From: Camelus ferus
Lineage: Eukaryota
Length of the DNA: 64,000 bases
Assembly (NCBI RefSeq): GCF_009834535.1
Contig: NC_045696.1
Coordinates: 81,532,001-81,596,000 of the forward strand
Direction of reading: 5' to 3'
Below the pieces are notes generated by a model. It saw only the letters and a program-made list of their open reading frames with translations. It did no database searches and was not told the origin of the DNA. The position numbers were made by a program, and so were the translations under genes. This document shows positions 51,301-64,000 of this stretch, in pieces. Each line of letters opens with the position of its first letter. Within the stretch, counting starts at the first letter, position 1.

Positions 51301-54300
51301 CTTTGAGCTACAGACCATGGAAATGCCACCTTTTTTTCAGCTCAAAGGATAAAACAACCTTCCAGTTCCTTGGGAAATAGTCATATTTGCACTGCAAAGC
51401 CTGCTTGAAATCAAGTGGGCAATTGCCATAACAACACATTTTTTTTAAAGAAATAATTACTGAGTAGAAACTACAGTTAGATTTTTGAGAAAAAAGGCCA
51501 TTTTACGTGCTTTTTAAAGGAAAAATGTTCTGTGAATTAAAGCTCTAAGCAGAAAAAGAAAATTTAAATGCATTGTTTTATTTCATTTATTTACCTTCAA
51601 GGTGATCAGAGGAAGAAAATAGAAATGAAAGCTTTAACCAAACATAAAGGAAAAAATTGCTCCGAGATTGAAACTGAATTGAAATTGACATTTCTGGTCA
51701 TCAGACAAGTTCTTAAGGGAAGGAAAAAAAAATGTTTCCCAACCTTTCCTCTAATAGAAATGTTAGGAAGCTTTGGATTATTCATCTGAGAAATTTTTCT
51801 TAATGCCATTAAAAGGCAAGTCAGTGATTAGACTTCCAATCCGCGCACTTTAATGTACGGGTGATTAAAGGAACCACGTTAGTCATGCAGCTGTTTCATT
51901 AGAAATAAGGGAACGTGTAGTTCGTTTGTGAACAAAGACTCTAGTTTTCACAAATTGGGATAAGAGGCAGAAACTTAAAAGGCAGAGGCATAGATGGCTC
52001 CCAAGGAGCCCCTGAAAACATAGAAACCTTCAAAAAACTAGAAGTACCCCTGTCTGAATCTGAGGGCATCTGCTCTATGATCTGGAGAAGAGATCCTTTC
52101 TACAGTCTTCTTTGAGGGAATAGAATTTCAATTGTAGATAAATCACATGAGTTAAGGGCAGTGGTTATTTTTCTGAGTCTTATGATGGGCTTTATTTTTT
52201 TTTAAGTTACACCCAGACTAGCCACCTGGGGCGTGAGCTGCCCAACCCTTAACTTATGCAGGACCCGGGCAGCCGTGCAAATGGAGGCCCGCATACCAGG
52301 AGTCTCAACATTTACAAGCAATCAATTCAGCTAACAAACTGCTGAAGAAAATATGTTCTATCTTCTTACCTTGACAAATATATCTTCTTGTTTCTTGTCC
52401 TGGGATAAGGGTGTTCCTGGAAGGGAGTTTGTTGTCTTTTATGACAGAGGCCAAATTACAAGGCTTGGGACCGGTTTGTAGCTAAATCAGCATATGTAAG
52501 AATTTTCTGGAATAACCATGCTGTTCTGTTGTCTGACCATGGATCAGGCGTTGTGCTGTCTGTCCGTGCGCCAGGCTATCGCTTGTCGTTTTTAGTTTGG
52601 TCATCACAAGCATATGTGTGCAGGTCTAGTGCTTCTTAAAGGTGACAGCATTTGCATTTTTACCAGGACAATTCTTCACTGTATAGGACTGTCATGAACA
52701 TTGCATGGATTTTAGCATTCCTGACCCTTTCCCATTAAATGCCAAGAGAAGACCCCACTCACTGACAAGTAAAAATGTTCCAACTTGATTTCAGATGCCC
52801 CCAAGTAGGTGGTCTCACCCCTGATTTATAACCTCTGGGACATTATATCATCAATACTTTCTGTCGACTGCAGTGGTTAACATTTACTGAACACTTCCTA
52901 TATATAGAATTGGGTTCTGGTTTGAAAACAGAGGCTTGATCTGGTGCCATCGTCTTGTCAGTGGTCTCACTAGGAGAGCTAAAGAAAAGGTGTAAAAACA
53001 ATCGCTTCTTAAATCTGTACTGTCTTAAAACTGTATTGTCACAGTGACAGAATTGATAAACCAAACTTTTAAGAGCGTTGACGTTTTCCTCATCCTATAT
53101 TTGGTTTGTGAAGAATATACTTATGGTTTTTATGACAACCGTGGAGTGAGTTAGTCTTTTGGGTAGCAAGAAATAGGCACTTACTCAATTCACTTCAAAT
53201 AGTAGGAGATTTCTTGTGAAGAAACTCTTGGGCATAAGCAGATTATGCCGTCAGCCTTGTGGCCAGTCCTCATGGGGACCCAGGAGGAGTTGCTCAATCA
53301 GGCCTCAGACGGAGAGAAGGGAGCAGGGTCTGTGAATTAGGAAGTCATTGGGTACAGTTCTAGGGCCTGGGCCACCTGGACATCCCCTTGGCAGCTGGAG
53401 TTGTCAGTCCCATGTGAGCTGCTCTGTAACTGGGGGGACTCAGCTCCTGGACTCTGTTATTCATCCTCCAGCCAACCACCTTCCTCTCCAGTGTATCTGT
53501 CCTTTAACTTCCGCTTGCTCAAGGCTCCTTCTTGCTCTTGTTCTTGTTCCCCTCGCCCTCTTCCCTTCTTCTCCTTCCTCCTCCCCGCCCTTCCTCTTTT
53601 TCCTTCTTTAGTGGATTCTGCAGTCTAATATCTTCTGGTTCCTCTATGGCTTTTACTTACTCATGTCTTCTATCAAATTGTGACCTCCGCTGCTGCTTGG
53701 CCTTTGCTCCTGTCTTCTCTCTGCATGTCTCTCTGCTTCTGCTTCCCATGCCTCACATTCAGATTCTTAAGACAAAGAATCAGATTGGTCCCGATAGTCA
53801 CTATCGTTTGTTAGGGGCAGATCGCTCATGCAAAGTTTGAGCTGTTCTTTGGTTCAAGCAGGGGTACACAACGTGGCCCTCAGGGGCCTCCCTGGGCGCT
53901 GCCCTCTTCTGTGAGGGGGGTGTGCGTCTAACAGCCCTGTGTGGCGGACAGCCCTCCGGTGTGTGAAGTGGTATCCCATGAGAAGGTGCTTTGCAATGTA
54001 GGTGGGAGAACTACTGTGGACGAAGTGTGGAATGGTAATTTCATTGCCCATACAAGGGCTGAGCGTCACGGAGCGCCAAGGCAGGTTCCCGGCGGACTTC
54101 AGCAGTGAGAGGGCTTTGTGTGTGCTACTGCTGCAAATGCCTCTTACTGTTTTTCTACTTTAAAAATGTGTGTAGAAGCAGCACACATTATTCAGTAAGA
54201 TGTCCAGAGTCTTTCAAAATCCCCTCCCCCCGGTGCTCTGTCTCTCCTATTGGTGTCCCTTTGTGCTTCCACCAGGCAATTTTACACAGGTTGCACGTAT

Positions 54301-54974
54301 GCCTTTTGGGGTGACAATCATCTGGGTGCTGGAATCTCACCCACAGGAGCTTCTCGAGAAGGTGGAATTCAGTAGGAGGGTCTCCTGGACACTGTCCAGG
54401 GGGCTTCTCCAGGGGGCTTCCTCTATGGTGGTTTCACCCTCTGTGACCCTGAGCACAAGGCCTGAACACAGCCTCCTGGACTGGCCTCAGGAGGACCACA
54501 GTCATCCTGCGCCTGGGGCACGGTGGCCTGGCCTTAACCAGGAGGGAAACAAACACAAGCACAGAAGGACACCCCATCCCCTGACAGATGCTCCTCTGAA
54601 AAGAAAAAGACAAGGTGAGAAAGAGTCACTGCCAAAGGATCTGCAACACCAGCTCTGCTGCAAAATCCAGTCTCATGTTTGTGATTTATAACCCTCCTGC
54701 TGTGAGGGACTCAGACTTTAGTGCCTGGAAGGGACAAGGATTCTTTAGCCTGAGACATTACTGTGCGCAGTGCTAGAGAGACAAGGAGGGAAACTAGAGA
54801 GCGAAGCTTGCGGATACCCTACTGTGCGCCAGGGCTGGCTCTGCCGCTGTGATTCTCAGCGTTCCATTTCTAGCTGGTGACTCTCAAACTGGGAATAGCA
54901 AGCTGTGGTTTGGGGTGCTTTGTTTAACATATGTCTCTGGTCATAATCTGAATATACTGGGCTATGAGATGCGG

Positions 54975-55475
54975 GAACCTCCACAAATTTGGCCATGCAT
55001 TCTCTGACACGTCCCCCAGTGAGAGGCAGGGGCTATTCTCTTTCTCCTTGAATCCAAAGCTGGCCTGTGGTTGCTCGGAGCAATAGAATATGGCAGGAGT
55101 GATGCTGTCTCGGCCCCAGGCTGGGCCTGTAAAGGACTGGTAGCTTCTCTCGTGGTTTCCTGGAGCCTTGGCTCTCGTGTGGGAAATATGACCAAGCTGC
55201 CGGAGGAACCACACGGAGAGGCCCTGAGACCACGTGGAAGTGGAGAGGAGACCCACTGAGCCAGGCTTCCAGACTCCTGGACCCTCTGAGCCGGCCCCGC
55301 TGCTAGTTGAATACCACCACGTTGCCTTAGATGACATGACGTGGAGGAGACTGGTCCAGCCAAACGCTGCCCAAATTCCCGACCTACACAAGCATGAGGT
55401 ACCATAAAATGGTTGATGATTTAAGCCTCTAAATTTAACGCAGTTTTTAAATGGAACAGTAGACAGCCAAAGTAT
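54975..55475 (+). mobile_element. MaLR LTR (MLT1-type)
   Basis: caatagaatatggcaggagtgatgctgt, ccaaattcccgacctacacaagcatgag, tttaagcctctaaattt. Confidence 0.7.
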
Positions 55476-56012
55476 TCACAATGGCAGGAAAGGAAGCTGG
55501 GATGGGCTTGGACCTGAGGGAAGTGGGTAAAAAAGCCGGAGCCTAGTGGGTAAGGCATAAGGGGACTGTCCCAGTTGGCTGGTGGGCATCATGGTTGGGG
55601 GTGGGGGGGGCATGAAAATGCCTAAAGGTTCAGTTAACCACGCATCTACTGCGGCTTTGAAAACTCAAGGTCCATTTAGGCAGTGACAGGGTCAAGAGAT
55701 TTTAAAAAGGGCCAAGTTGAAAGTCAGATGGTGGGGATGGTGGGGTTCCTTGTCTTCTGGCTGAACTGCAAAGGGCCTAGCCCCAGTACAAGAGATGTTA
55801 AGTGGTAGGGAGTGTTTGAGAGTCTCAGATGAACAGCCTGGGAGTCAGGAACAGAATCCATCCCCAGAGGGGACCCAGGGGACAAATGCAGAGAGATGCT
55901 CAATCATGTGACTGTGAAGATGGGGAGTATTCACAGCGAAGCCGTGCCTCAGTGGCCCAGGGGTACTTTGGGTGCCCTCATGTCCTGGTGGGTCTCAGAT
56001 CGGGGAAATTCT

Positions 56013-56122
56013 TTTTTTTTTTTTAATTTTTAAATTGAATTATAGTCATTTTACAATGTTGTGTCAAATTCCAGTGTAGAGCACAATTTTTCAGTTATAC
56101 ATGAACATACATACATTCATTA
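56013..56122 (-). mobile_element. Short L1 3' end
   Basis: Poly-T followed by aattgaattatagtcattttacaatgttgtgtc. Imperfect TSD tcagatcggggaaattct/tcagactagggaaattct. Confidence 0.75.
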
Positions 56123-56334
56123 TCAGACTAGGGAAATTCTGAAGTAAAACTGCGGAGAAAAGTCGTGAGTTTGCAGAAGTGACGGCCCATCAATTTATAC
56201 ATGTGTATGAACAGATACATAGACAGACAGATATAGATACTGTTTTGTAGTTATTAGGTTTCCAGGAGAAAACAGATGGCATATTTGAAAGAATTTGATT
56301 GAAAAGTCTTGAACGAAGAAATTATTTGCAGAAC

Positions 56335-56875
56335 GTATACTGAAAATAGTTAAGAGTAGATTGCTATCCTTAGGAAGGCCGACTTGCAAAGTTGGTCCTT
56401 GGTGGGCATCTGGGAACTTGGGTTTGGAGAGGGTCCCTACTGTCCCCTGATAAGAATGGTTCACTGTGCCTACGTTGTTTTGTAAACAATACGGTTTATG
56501 CCGAACACCTACTTTCCTTCTAAGACTCTGGCATTTTGGTATGTGCTAGACAGAGGAGGGGGGCCAATGTGAACAGCCCCCAATAAAAATCTTGAGCACT
56601 GAGTCTCTAATGCGCTCTCCTGGTAGATAATATTGCACACTGCTGTCACACTCATTGTGGGAAGAATTAAGCACGTCTTGTGTGATTCCACTGGGACAGC
56701 ACTCTTGGACCTCGTGTCTGGTTTCTTCCAGACTTTACTCCATGTACCTTTCACCTTTTCTGATTTTGCTTTGTGTCCTTTTGCTGTAATAAATCTAAGC
56801 CATGAGTATGACTATATGTTGAGCCATATGGTGAGCCTCTTAGTGACTCATCTAAACTGAGGGTGGCCTTACATA
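56335..56875 (+). mobile_element. MER21-like LTR nested in an older ERVL (LTR33-like) LTR spanning ~56245-57240
   Basis: cagccccaataaaaatcttgagcactgagtctctaatg and tgtaataaatctaagccatgagtatgactatatg are MER21-like. The flanks caggagaaaacagatggca and gccctgaaggggcaggag are LTR33-like. Confidence 0.65.
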
Positions 56876-59800
56876 ACCTTCCCCTTGCCTAGGTTTACCT
56901 TTACATCAAGGTAAAGAGAAAGTTTTAGGGATGATGAGGCATCCAGGACTGGCAACAGCTGGAATTGTTACCACCCGTAGCCCTGAAGGGGCAGGAGAAG
57001 GAAGCAGTAACCAGAACTCGGTGAGAGCTGCAGCTGTAGAAAGGGGACACTTTACAAGAGCTGAGGCCTTGGTGGAGGAACACTGACCAGACACATGCCT
57101 ACCTCTCTCTCCTTCCATTGGCCACGTCCTGCTGGAAGGCAGAGGGCAAGGGAGCCTGGTGAAGTCCGCCTCCTGGGGCACAGCGCAGGAAAGGGAAGAG
57201 GAAGAAGGGAGCTAAGGGTCACAAGGAGGATCACTAGGACAAGTTTAAAAGCAAATAATTTTTAACTGTTACTGAGCCAAGTTGCTTCGTAAGCTTCTTA
57301 CTGAAAGGTAGTATTTTACGACGTTGCATTCCTCAACAACCCTGGATGGAGCCTCACTGCGCATATGGAATAAAGTCCAAATTGCACAGCATGGCATTTC
57401 AAGGCCCCTCTGAATCTGGCCCAGGACCCCGTGCCACGCTGTCTCCTCACCCCACAGCGGAACACATTCCCCACTCCTGGCCCACCGTTTCTATCTAGCC
57501 TTTGCTTTACCACAGCAGCGTTCTCCAGCCTTCATATTTTGTTTTCCTCTTCTTTGTACTTTGTGTGCCCATTTCGTGAACTTCAACTTAGTGAAGTCCC
57601 ACCCGTTCTTTAGGGCCCAGCTTAACTATCACGCTGCTTGCAAAGCCTTCTTGAACCTCAGCTAGTCTCTCGTCAGATAGGGTTGTCCCCACCCCATGGT
57701 ATTAACAAGTCAGAGTTAGGTCGTGTCCGCCTTTACCAGCCCCACTCAGCGTCCGGGGCGGAGGCCACAGGCGCCATGTAGGAGTGCCTGACGAGCCCTG
57801 CCCTGTGAATTTTTTCACCCATTAGCTTGCCTTGTGTGGCCACCAGCTTCGAGCAGTTGCTCTGTGGTGCTCTAGTGCCCTGACGATGCTGCGTACTTAA
57901 CTACCCCTTTGGATCACTCCCAACCAACGCAGTCTCCCCACCTGTGTTTCTGCAGACCCAGAGCAGGTGCCGGGACTCTACCCGCTGCGCCTGGACTGAC
58001 TCAGTCCCCTGCTCCCCTGGGACTGACACTGACATGGTGCCCTTGCCCATTTCTTCACTAGTTTATGACCATCTGGAAGACAGTGACTGCTGCCAATTCA
58101 CCGCTACACCGTCCACATTGGTTAGTACCGTGACTTGTGCATAGAGGGTATTCGGCACACCATCACTGAACTGAATTAATTGGAATAAAAAAATAGAGTA
58201 ATACCAGTTTTTTTTTTAACCTTCTAATCTCTGTCACTTTTAGAAGTCAAGAAAATAGATTGTTCCAGTTTGTAGTTTTGAACCTGGAAGCCCTAAAAAA
58301 TAAGAAGAAAATGAGTCTTCTCTGAAAGAGGATTTTTTTCTATACCCTGGAGGTTTCATCTTTGAGAGACAAAATTAGCCAGCCATTTTAGAAGGAAAGG
58401 ATTCTGTGATATGACCTCCCCCTCCACTGATGGACAAACTACTAACACAAGGCTAAAACTTGCAATTTAAATGATAAAATCAGGTTTTTCAATTTTTAAA
58501 TAAAAAATGAGTTTAGAATTATTACCAGAGGTTTAAATTCATTCTGGAAGCTGTTTTATGTGTGCATCAGACCTTGTTTTCTTCTTTTCCTGAAGCCATG
58601 TAAAATAAAAACTTGATTAGAAATAAATTTTTAATATTCCAATAGGTCATCAAGAAGTGGTGTCCTAGCAACGAGAAGTGAGACAGTGGGATGAGTAAAT
58701 GCAAGCGGTGGCTGGACAGCCTACCTGGGAATTTCCAGAGGCAACTGATAAGGTGATCAGCTCATGAACACTGCTGATCAGGCATTAAATTCTGTTCTTG
58801 AATAAAAGATCCGGGAGGGAGGAGTTTTTCACTTAATTTGGCTGTGACTTATGCCTTTATATTTTTAAGAGAGTTTTTGAGTGAGCTCTTCTAAAATTTG
58901 GCCATTTAAATTTTCCATGGGATTTTAGGGGATAAATCAGAATTTAATTCTTCTGCACTCTTTTAGCTCTATAGTGTCCATCTAAAGGACCACTTCAGTC
59001 AAGAAAATGGAGTGAGTTTTGGCAAACAACAAATGAAGCTATACTCTTTGTGGTGTAGTGAGAGAACTTGGCTGTAGACTTTCAATTTGTTTTAAAACAC
59101 AAATCAAGCATTTACCCAGTTTATTTTAACTTGACTATATATATTAGAAATGGCAAGTTTGCTTGTAATCCTCTGAAGTCTCTGGGATAGTTTAATAAAA
59201 CATCACCACACTCTAGCTATTGAGTTTTTTGCCAACCCAGTCAATTATTTTTACAGCAGCTTTACTGAGACATAAGTCATGTATCATAAGATTCACCCTT
59301 TTAAGGTATACAATTCAGTGCTATGTAGTGTATGCACAGGGTTGTGCAGCCTTCAACACTAATTTCAAAACATTTTCATCTCCATACAAAGAAACTCCAT
59401 ATACGTTAGCAGTCATTCCCCACTCTCCCCTCCAGCCACCTCCTTATAACCCCAATCTTTCATTGCTGTGGATTTGCCCATTCAGGACATTTCATATGAA
59501 TGGAATCATACATGATGTGGCCTTTGTGTATGGTTCTTCCACTTAGTACAACGTTTTCAATGTTCGTCCATGTAGCATGTATTAATATTTCATTTCTTTT
59601 TATTGCCAAATAATTTTCCATTCTATGGATATACCACATTTTGTTTTTCCATTCATCAGTTGATAGACATTTGGCTTGTTTCCACCTTTTGCTATTGTGA
59701 ACAGTGTTTCCGAACTTTATTGGACAAGTTTTTGTTTGGGCACCTGTTTTAAATTATATTGGGTATACACTCAGATGTGGAATTTCTAGGTCATACGGTC

Positions 59801-61408
59801 ATTCTCTGTTTAACATTTGAAGAGCTGCTGAACTATTTTCCAAAACAGCTGCACCATTTTACCATCCCCAGAGCCATGCATGAGGTTCCAATTTCTCCAC
59901 ATTCTCACAAACACTGTCTTTTTTTACTATAGCCATCCTAGTGAGTGTGGAGTGGTGTCTTCATTGGTGCAGTGTTGATTTGCATTTCCATAATGGCTAA
60001 TGATGATGAGCATAATTTCACATACTTACTGGCTACCTGTAGCTCTTCTTTGGAAAAATGTCCATTAAAGTCTTATGATCATTTTTAACCAGATTATTTG
60101 CCTTTATTATTGGGTTGTAAGAGTTCTTTATATATTCTGGAAGCAAATCTATTATCAGGTATACTATTTGCAAATATTTTCACTCATTCTATGGGTTGAC
60201 CAAAAAATAGACTATTTTTCAGAGAAATTTTAAATTCACAGCAAAATTGAGCATAAGTACAGAGAGTTCTCATGTACACCCTGTCCCCATACATGCACAG
60301 CCTCCTCTACTATCAACATCCCTCTGTACCAGAATGGTACATTTGTTATAACTGATGACCTATAGTGACACTTCACTGTCACTCAGAGTCGGTAGTTTAC
60401 ATAAAGGTTCACTCTTGGTTTTGCGAATTACATGGTTTTTGAGAAATATATGACATGAACCCACCACTACGGTATCATATAGGGTAGTTTCACTACCCTA
60501 AACACACCCTGCGCTCCAGCTATTCCTCCCTCCCTCCCCTCTCCTTTCCCCGGGAACCATGGAACTTTTTACTGTCCTTATAGTTTGCCTTTTCCAGAAT
60601 GTCATATAGTTGGAATCATTCACTCTATAGCCTTTTCAGAGTGACTTATTTAACTTAATCAGATGAGTTTAAGTTTCCTCTATGTCTTTTCATGGCTTGA
60701 GAGCTCATTTCTTTTCAGTGCTGAAATACATACATTCTGTTGTCTGGATGTACCACAGTTACTTACCAATTCATCTGTTGAAGGATATCTTGGTTGCTTC
60801 CAAGTTTTGGTGATTATGATTAAAGCTGCTATAAACCTCTGTGTGCAGGCTTTTGTGTTGACATAAGTTTTCATTTCCTTTGGCTAAATACCAAGGAGCA
60901 TGATTGCTGGATCATATGGTAAGAGTATGCTTAGTTTTGTAAGAAAATCTCTTCCAAAGTGGCTGTACCATTGAAAATTTCCACAAGCACTGGATGAACA
61001 TTCCTGTGGTTCCACATTCTCACTAACATTTGGTGTTGTTATTGTTTTGAATCTTTGCCTCGGTTGACTTTTCACTCTCTTAACAGTGTCCCTTAAAGCA
61101 CAAAAATTTTTGATTTTGAGAAAGTCCAATTTATCTATTTTTATTGTTGTTGTTGCTGCACTTTTGTGTCATGTGTAAGAAACTATTGCCTAACCTAAGG
61201 TCATGAACATTTACTCCTATGTTTTCCTCTAAGAGTTTGATTGTTTTAGCTCTTACTTTTAGGTCTATAATCCATTTTGAGTTTTTTTTATTATTATTTG
61301 TGTGAGGTAGTAGTCTGACTTCATTGTTTTGCATGTGGATATCCAGTTGTCCCAACACCATTTGTTGAAAATATTATTCATTCCTAATTGAATGATCTAG
61401 GCATTCTT

Positions 61409-61559
61409 CTTCTTCTTTTTTTTTTTTTTCTTGGTTGGGGGTAGGTAATTAGGTTTATTTATTTATTTAGATTTATTTTGATGGGGTCCTGGGGATTAAA
61501 CCCAGGACCTCGTGCATGCTAAACATACACTCTGCTACTGAGATATACCCTCCCTCCTG
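61409..61559 (-). mobile_element. Camelid tRNA-derived SINE (vic-1 type) inside L1
   Basis: TSD TCTAGGCATTCTT at 61396-61408 and 61560-61572. Body ggggattaaacccaggacctcgtgcatgcta. Confidence 0.9.
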
Positions 61560-61757
61560 TCTAGGCATTCTTATTGAAAATTAATTGATCGTAAGTGCAA
61601 GGTTTATTTCTGGACTCTCAGTTCTATCGTTCTGCCCATCCAACACTGACTTGATTAGCATATCTTTGTATTAAGTTTTGAAACCATGAAGTGTAAGTAC
61701 TCCAATAGTTTTTTTCAAGATTGTTTTGAATATTCTAGTCCTTGAAATTTCCATATA

Positions 61758-62563
61758 CAGATGACCCATGACTTATGATGGTTCAACTTAGGATTTTTCA
61801 GTTCTACAATGGTGCAAAAGTGATACGCATTCAGTAGAAACCATACTTCAAATTATGTCTTCTTAAAATTGAAGTATAGCCTCATGATTCATTTGTATAT
61901 ACAATTTATCCCTCCCTACCCCCTTTCCCCCGGTGACCACAAGTTTGTTTTCTATGTCTGTGAGTCTGTCTCTGTTTTGTAAACAAGTTGATTTGTGTTT
62001 TGTTTTTTTTTTCCAGATTCCACACGTAAGTGATATAAGGTATTTTTCTTTTTCTTTCTGGCTTACTTCATTTAGTGTGATGATCTACAGGTCCATTCAT
62101 GTTGCTGCAAATGGCATTATTTTATTCTTGTTTATGGTTGAGTCATACTTTGAATTTCGAATTTTGGTCTTTTCCCAAGCTAGCAACATGCAGCACAATA
62201 CCCTCATGGTGCCGGGCCGTGGGCAGTGAGCTGCAGCTCCGAGTCGGCCACGGGATGGGGAGGGTGAAGGGCTGACACACCCGCCACCATTCTGCACTGA
62301 TACTACCACTCTGTTGTTCACTTTCAGTATAGTATTCAGTAAATTACATTAGATATTCAGCACTTTATTATAAAATAGGCTTTGTGCTACATGATTTTGT
62401 CCAACTGTAAGCTAATGTAAGTGTTCTGAGCATATTTAAGGTGAGCTAGGCTAGGCTATATGATGTTCAGTAGGTTGTACTAAATGCATTTTTGACTTAC
62501 GATATTTTCAACTTACAATGGGTTTATCGGGATGTAACCCCATTGTAAGTCAAGGAAGATCTG
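61758..62563. mobile_element. MER47/Tigger5-like Tc1-mariner element with TA TSD, interrupted by an L1 fragment (61855-62143)
   Basis: TIRs CAGATGACCCATGACTTA... and ...TAAGTCAAGGAAGATCTG, TA at 61756-61757 and 62564-62565. The inner L1 is flanked by catacttcaaatt/catactttgaatt. Confidence 0.8.
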
Positions 62564-62796
62564 TAAATTTTAGAATAAGCATGTCACTACAGAAAACTGT
62601 GCTGGGATTTTGATGAGGAATGCATTGAATCTATAGATCAGTTTGGGGAGAAGCTGACATACTAACAATGTATTCTCTGATCCATGAAGATGATATATCT
62701 CTCCATTTATTTAGATTATCTCCAGAATGTTTGGTAGCTTTCAATGTATAAGTTGTAGACATATTTAAAAAAAACTTATTTCTAAGTATCTCAGTT

Positions 62797-64000
62797 TTAG
62801 CATGGTATTAGGAAAATAATAGACACATAGATCATTGGAACAGAATAGAGAGCCCAGAAATAAACCCACACAACAAGAGTCAACTGATCTTTGACAAAGG
62901 AGCAAAAGTAATCCAATGGACAAATGATGTTAGCACAACTGAACTTCCGTATGCAAAAAAAAAAAAAACTTAAACAGGGACCTACACTTTTCACAAGAAT
63001 TAACTCAAAATTGATTACAAGCTTAAATGTAAAATGCAAAAGTAGGGAATTTCTTGAAAAGGTAGGAGAAAAATTATAGTCTTGGGTCTGGTCGTAAGTT
63101 TTTAGATATAACGCCAATAGAAATGAGTTAAAAATTATGTTTAAACTTTCTTAAAAATAAAAACTTCTGCTCTGCAAAAGACACTGTTAAGAGAACGAAA
63201 AGACAAGTCACAGATTGGGAGAAAATATTTGCAAAACATATACCTGATAATAGGCTTGCATATAAAATATACAAAAGACTGTTAGACTCAACAATAAGAA
63301 AACAATCCAGTTTAAAAATTGGAAAAGACGTGAACAGACACTTCATCAGAGAAGATATACAAATGGCAAATGAGCATACAAAAAGATGCTCAGTATCATT
63401 TGTCATTAGGGAATTTCAAATTAAACAATTTTAAGAAAACACTACCCATCTATTAGAATGGTAAACCCCCAAGTCTGACAATACCAGTTGCTGGTGAGGA
63501 GAAGGAACAACAGGAACTCTCATTCGTTGCTCACTGGAATGCAAAGTGATACAGTAACACTGGAAAGCAGTTTGCCTGTTTCCTTCAAAAATAAAAATAG
63601 TTTTTCAGGATCACCAGTAATCACTCTGTGAGGTATTTGCTCGGTAGATTAGAAAACTTATGTCCACACAAAAACTTGCACGTGAATGTTTATAGCAGCT
63701 TTATTCATAATATCCAAAAAAAAATGGAAACAGTGACAATGTCTTTCAATTGATGAACAGATAAACTGTGGTATATCCACTTATTGGAATATTATTTAGT
63801 GATAAAAAGGAATGAGCTATCGAGCCATGTAAAGACATAGGTGAATCTTCAGTACGTATTACTAAGTGAAAGAAGCCAGCCTGGAAAAGCTGCATACTGT
63901 ATAATTCCAATGATTTGACATTTCTTGAAAAGACAAGACTACAGTGATGGTAAAAATCAGTAGTTGCTAGAGGTTTGGCAGGGGGCTGGGGGAGGTGGGG
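62797..64000 (+). mobile_element. Old L1 ORF2 end and 3' UTR (sense), running off the window
   Basis: agacacatagatcattggaacagaatagagagcccagaaataaac, caactgatctttgacaaagg, gaatgtttatagcagctttattcataat. Confidence 0.88.

Larger units (their letters stand above)
59250..62795 (-). mobile_element. Old L1 (L1M-type) antisense block with nested insertions
   Basis: Continuous antisense L1 3' UTR/ORF2 motifs; ORF-track peptides such as KTWKQPRYPS and TIKLLEENIG are ORF2 remnants. Interrupted by a second L1 (~60205-61060), a SINE and a Tigger element. Confidence 0.85.

Overview
Mammalian genomic DNA, most likely from a camelid, because it carries four copies of a tRNA-derived SINE matching the Camelidae vic-1 type. 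The only protein-coding gene I can support is RPL22L1 (ribosomal protein eL22-like 1). It is on the + strand with four coding exons (84-92, 1754-1846, 2015-2136, 3560-3704) encoding 122 aa, and has a CpG-island/TATA/TCT promoter at the window start. The remaining ~60 kb looks intergenic and repeat-rich: L1, L2, MIR, solo ERV1/ERVL/MaLR LTRs, MER/Tigger DNA elements and microsatellites. None of the supplied ORF-track entries looks like a real gene. The most interesting structure is in RPL22L1 intron 2, where four alternating CTAGGG/CCCTAG modules can base-pair in mutually exclusive ways. Each module contains a potential 3' splice-site AG, and use of any of them creates a premature stop. This fits the known RPL22-controlled RPL22L1 splicing switch and suggests how RNA structure could implement it. 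Other notable items are a strong CTCF site at ~41.94 kb, a short orphan CpG cluster at ~40 kb, and a three-level nested insertion (MIR < L1 tail < ERV LTR) with readable TSDs at ~37 kb. Repeat subfamily names come from recognition by eye and are approximate.
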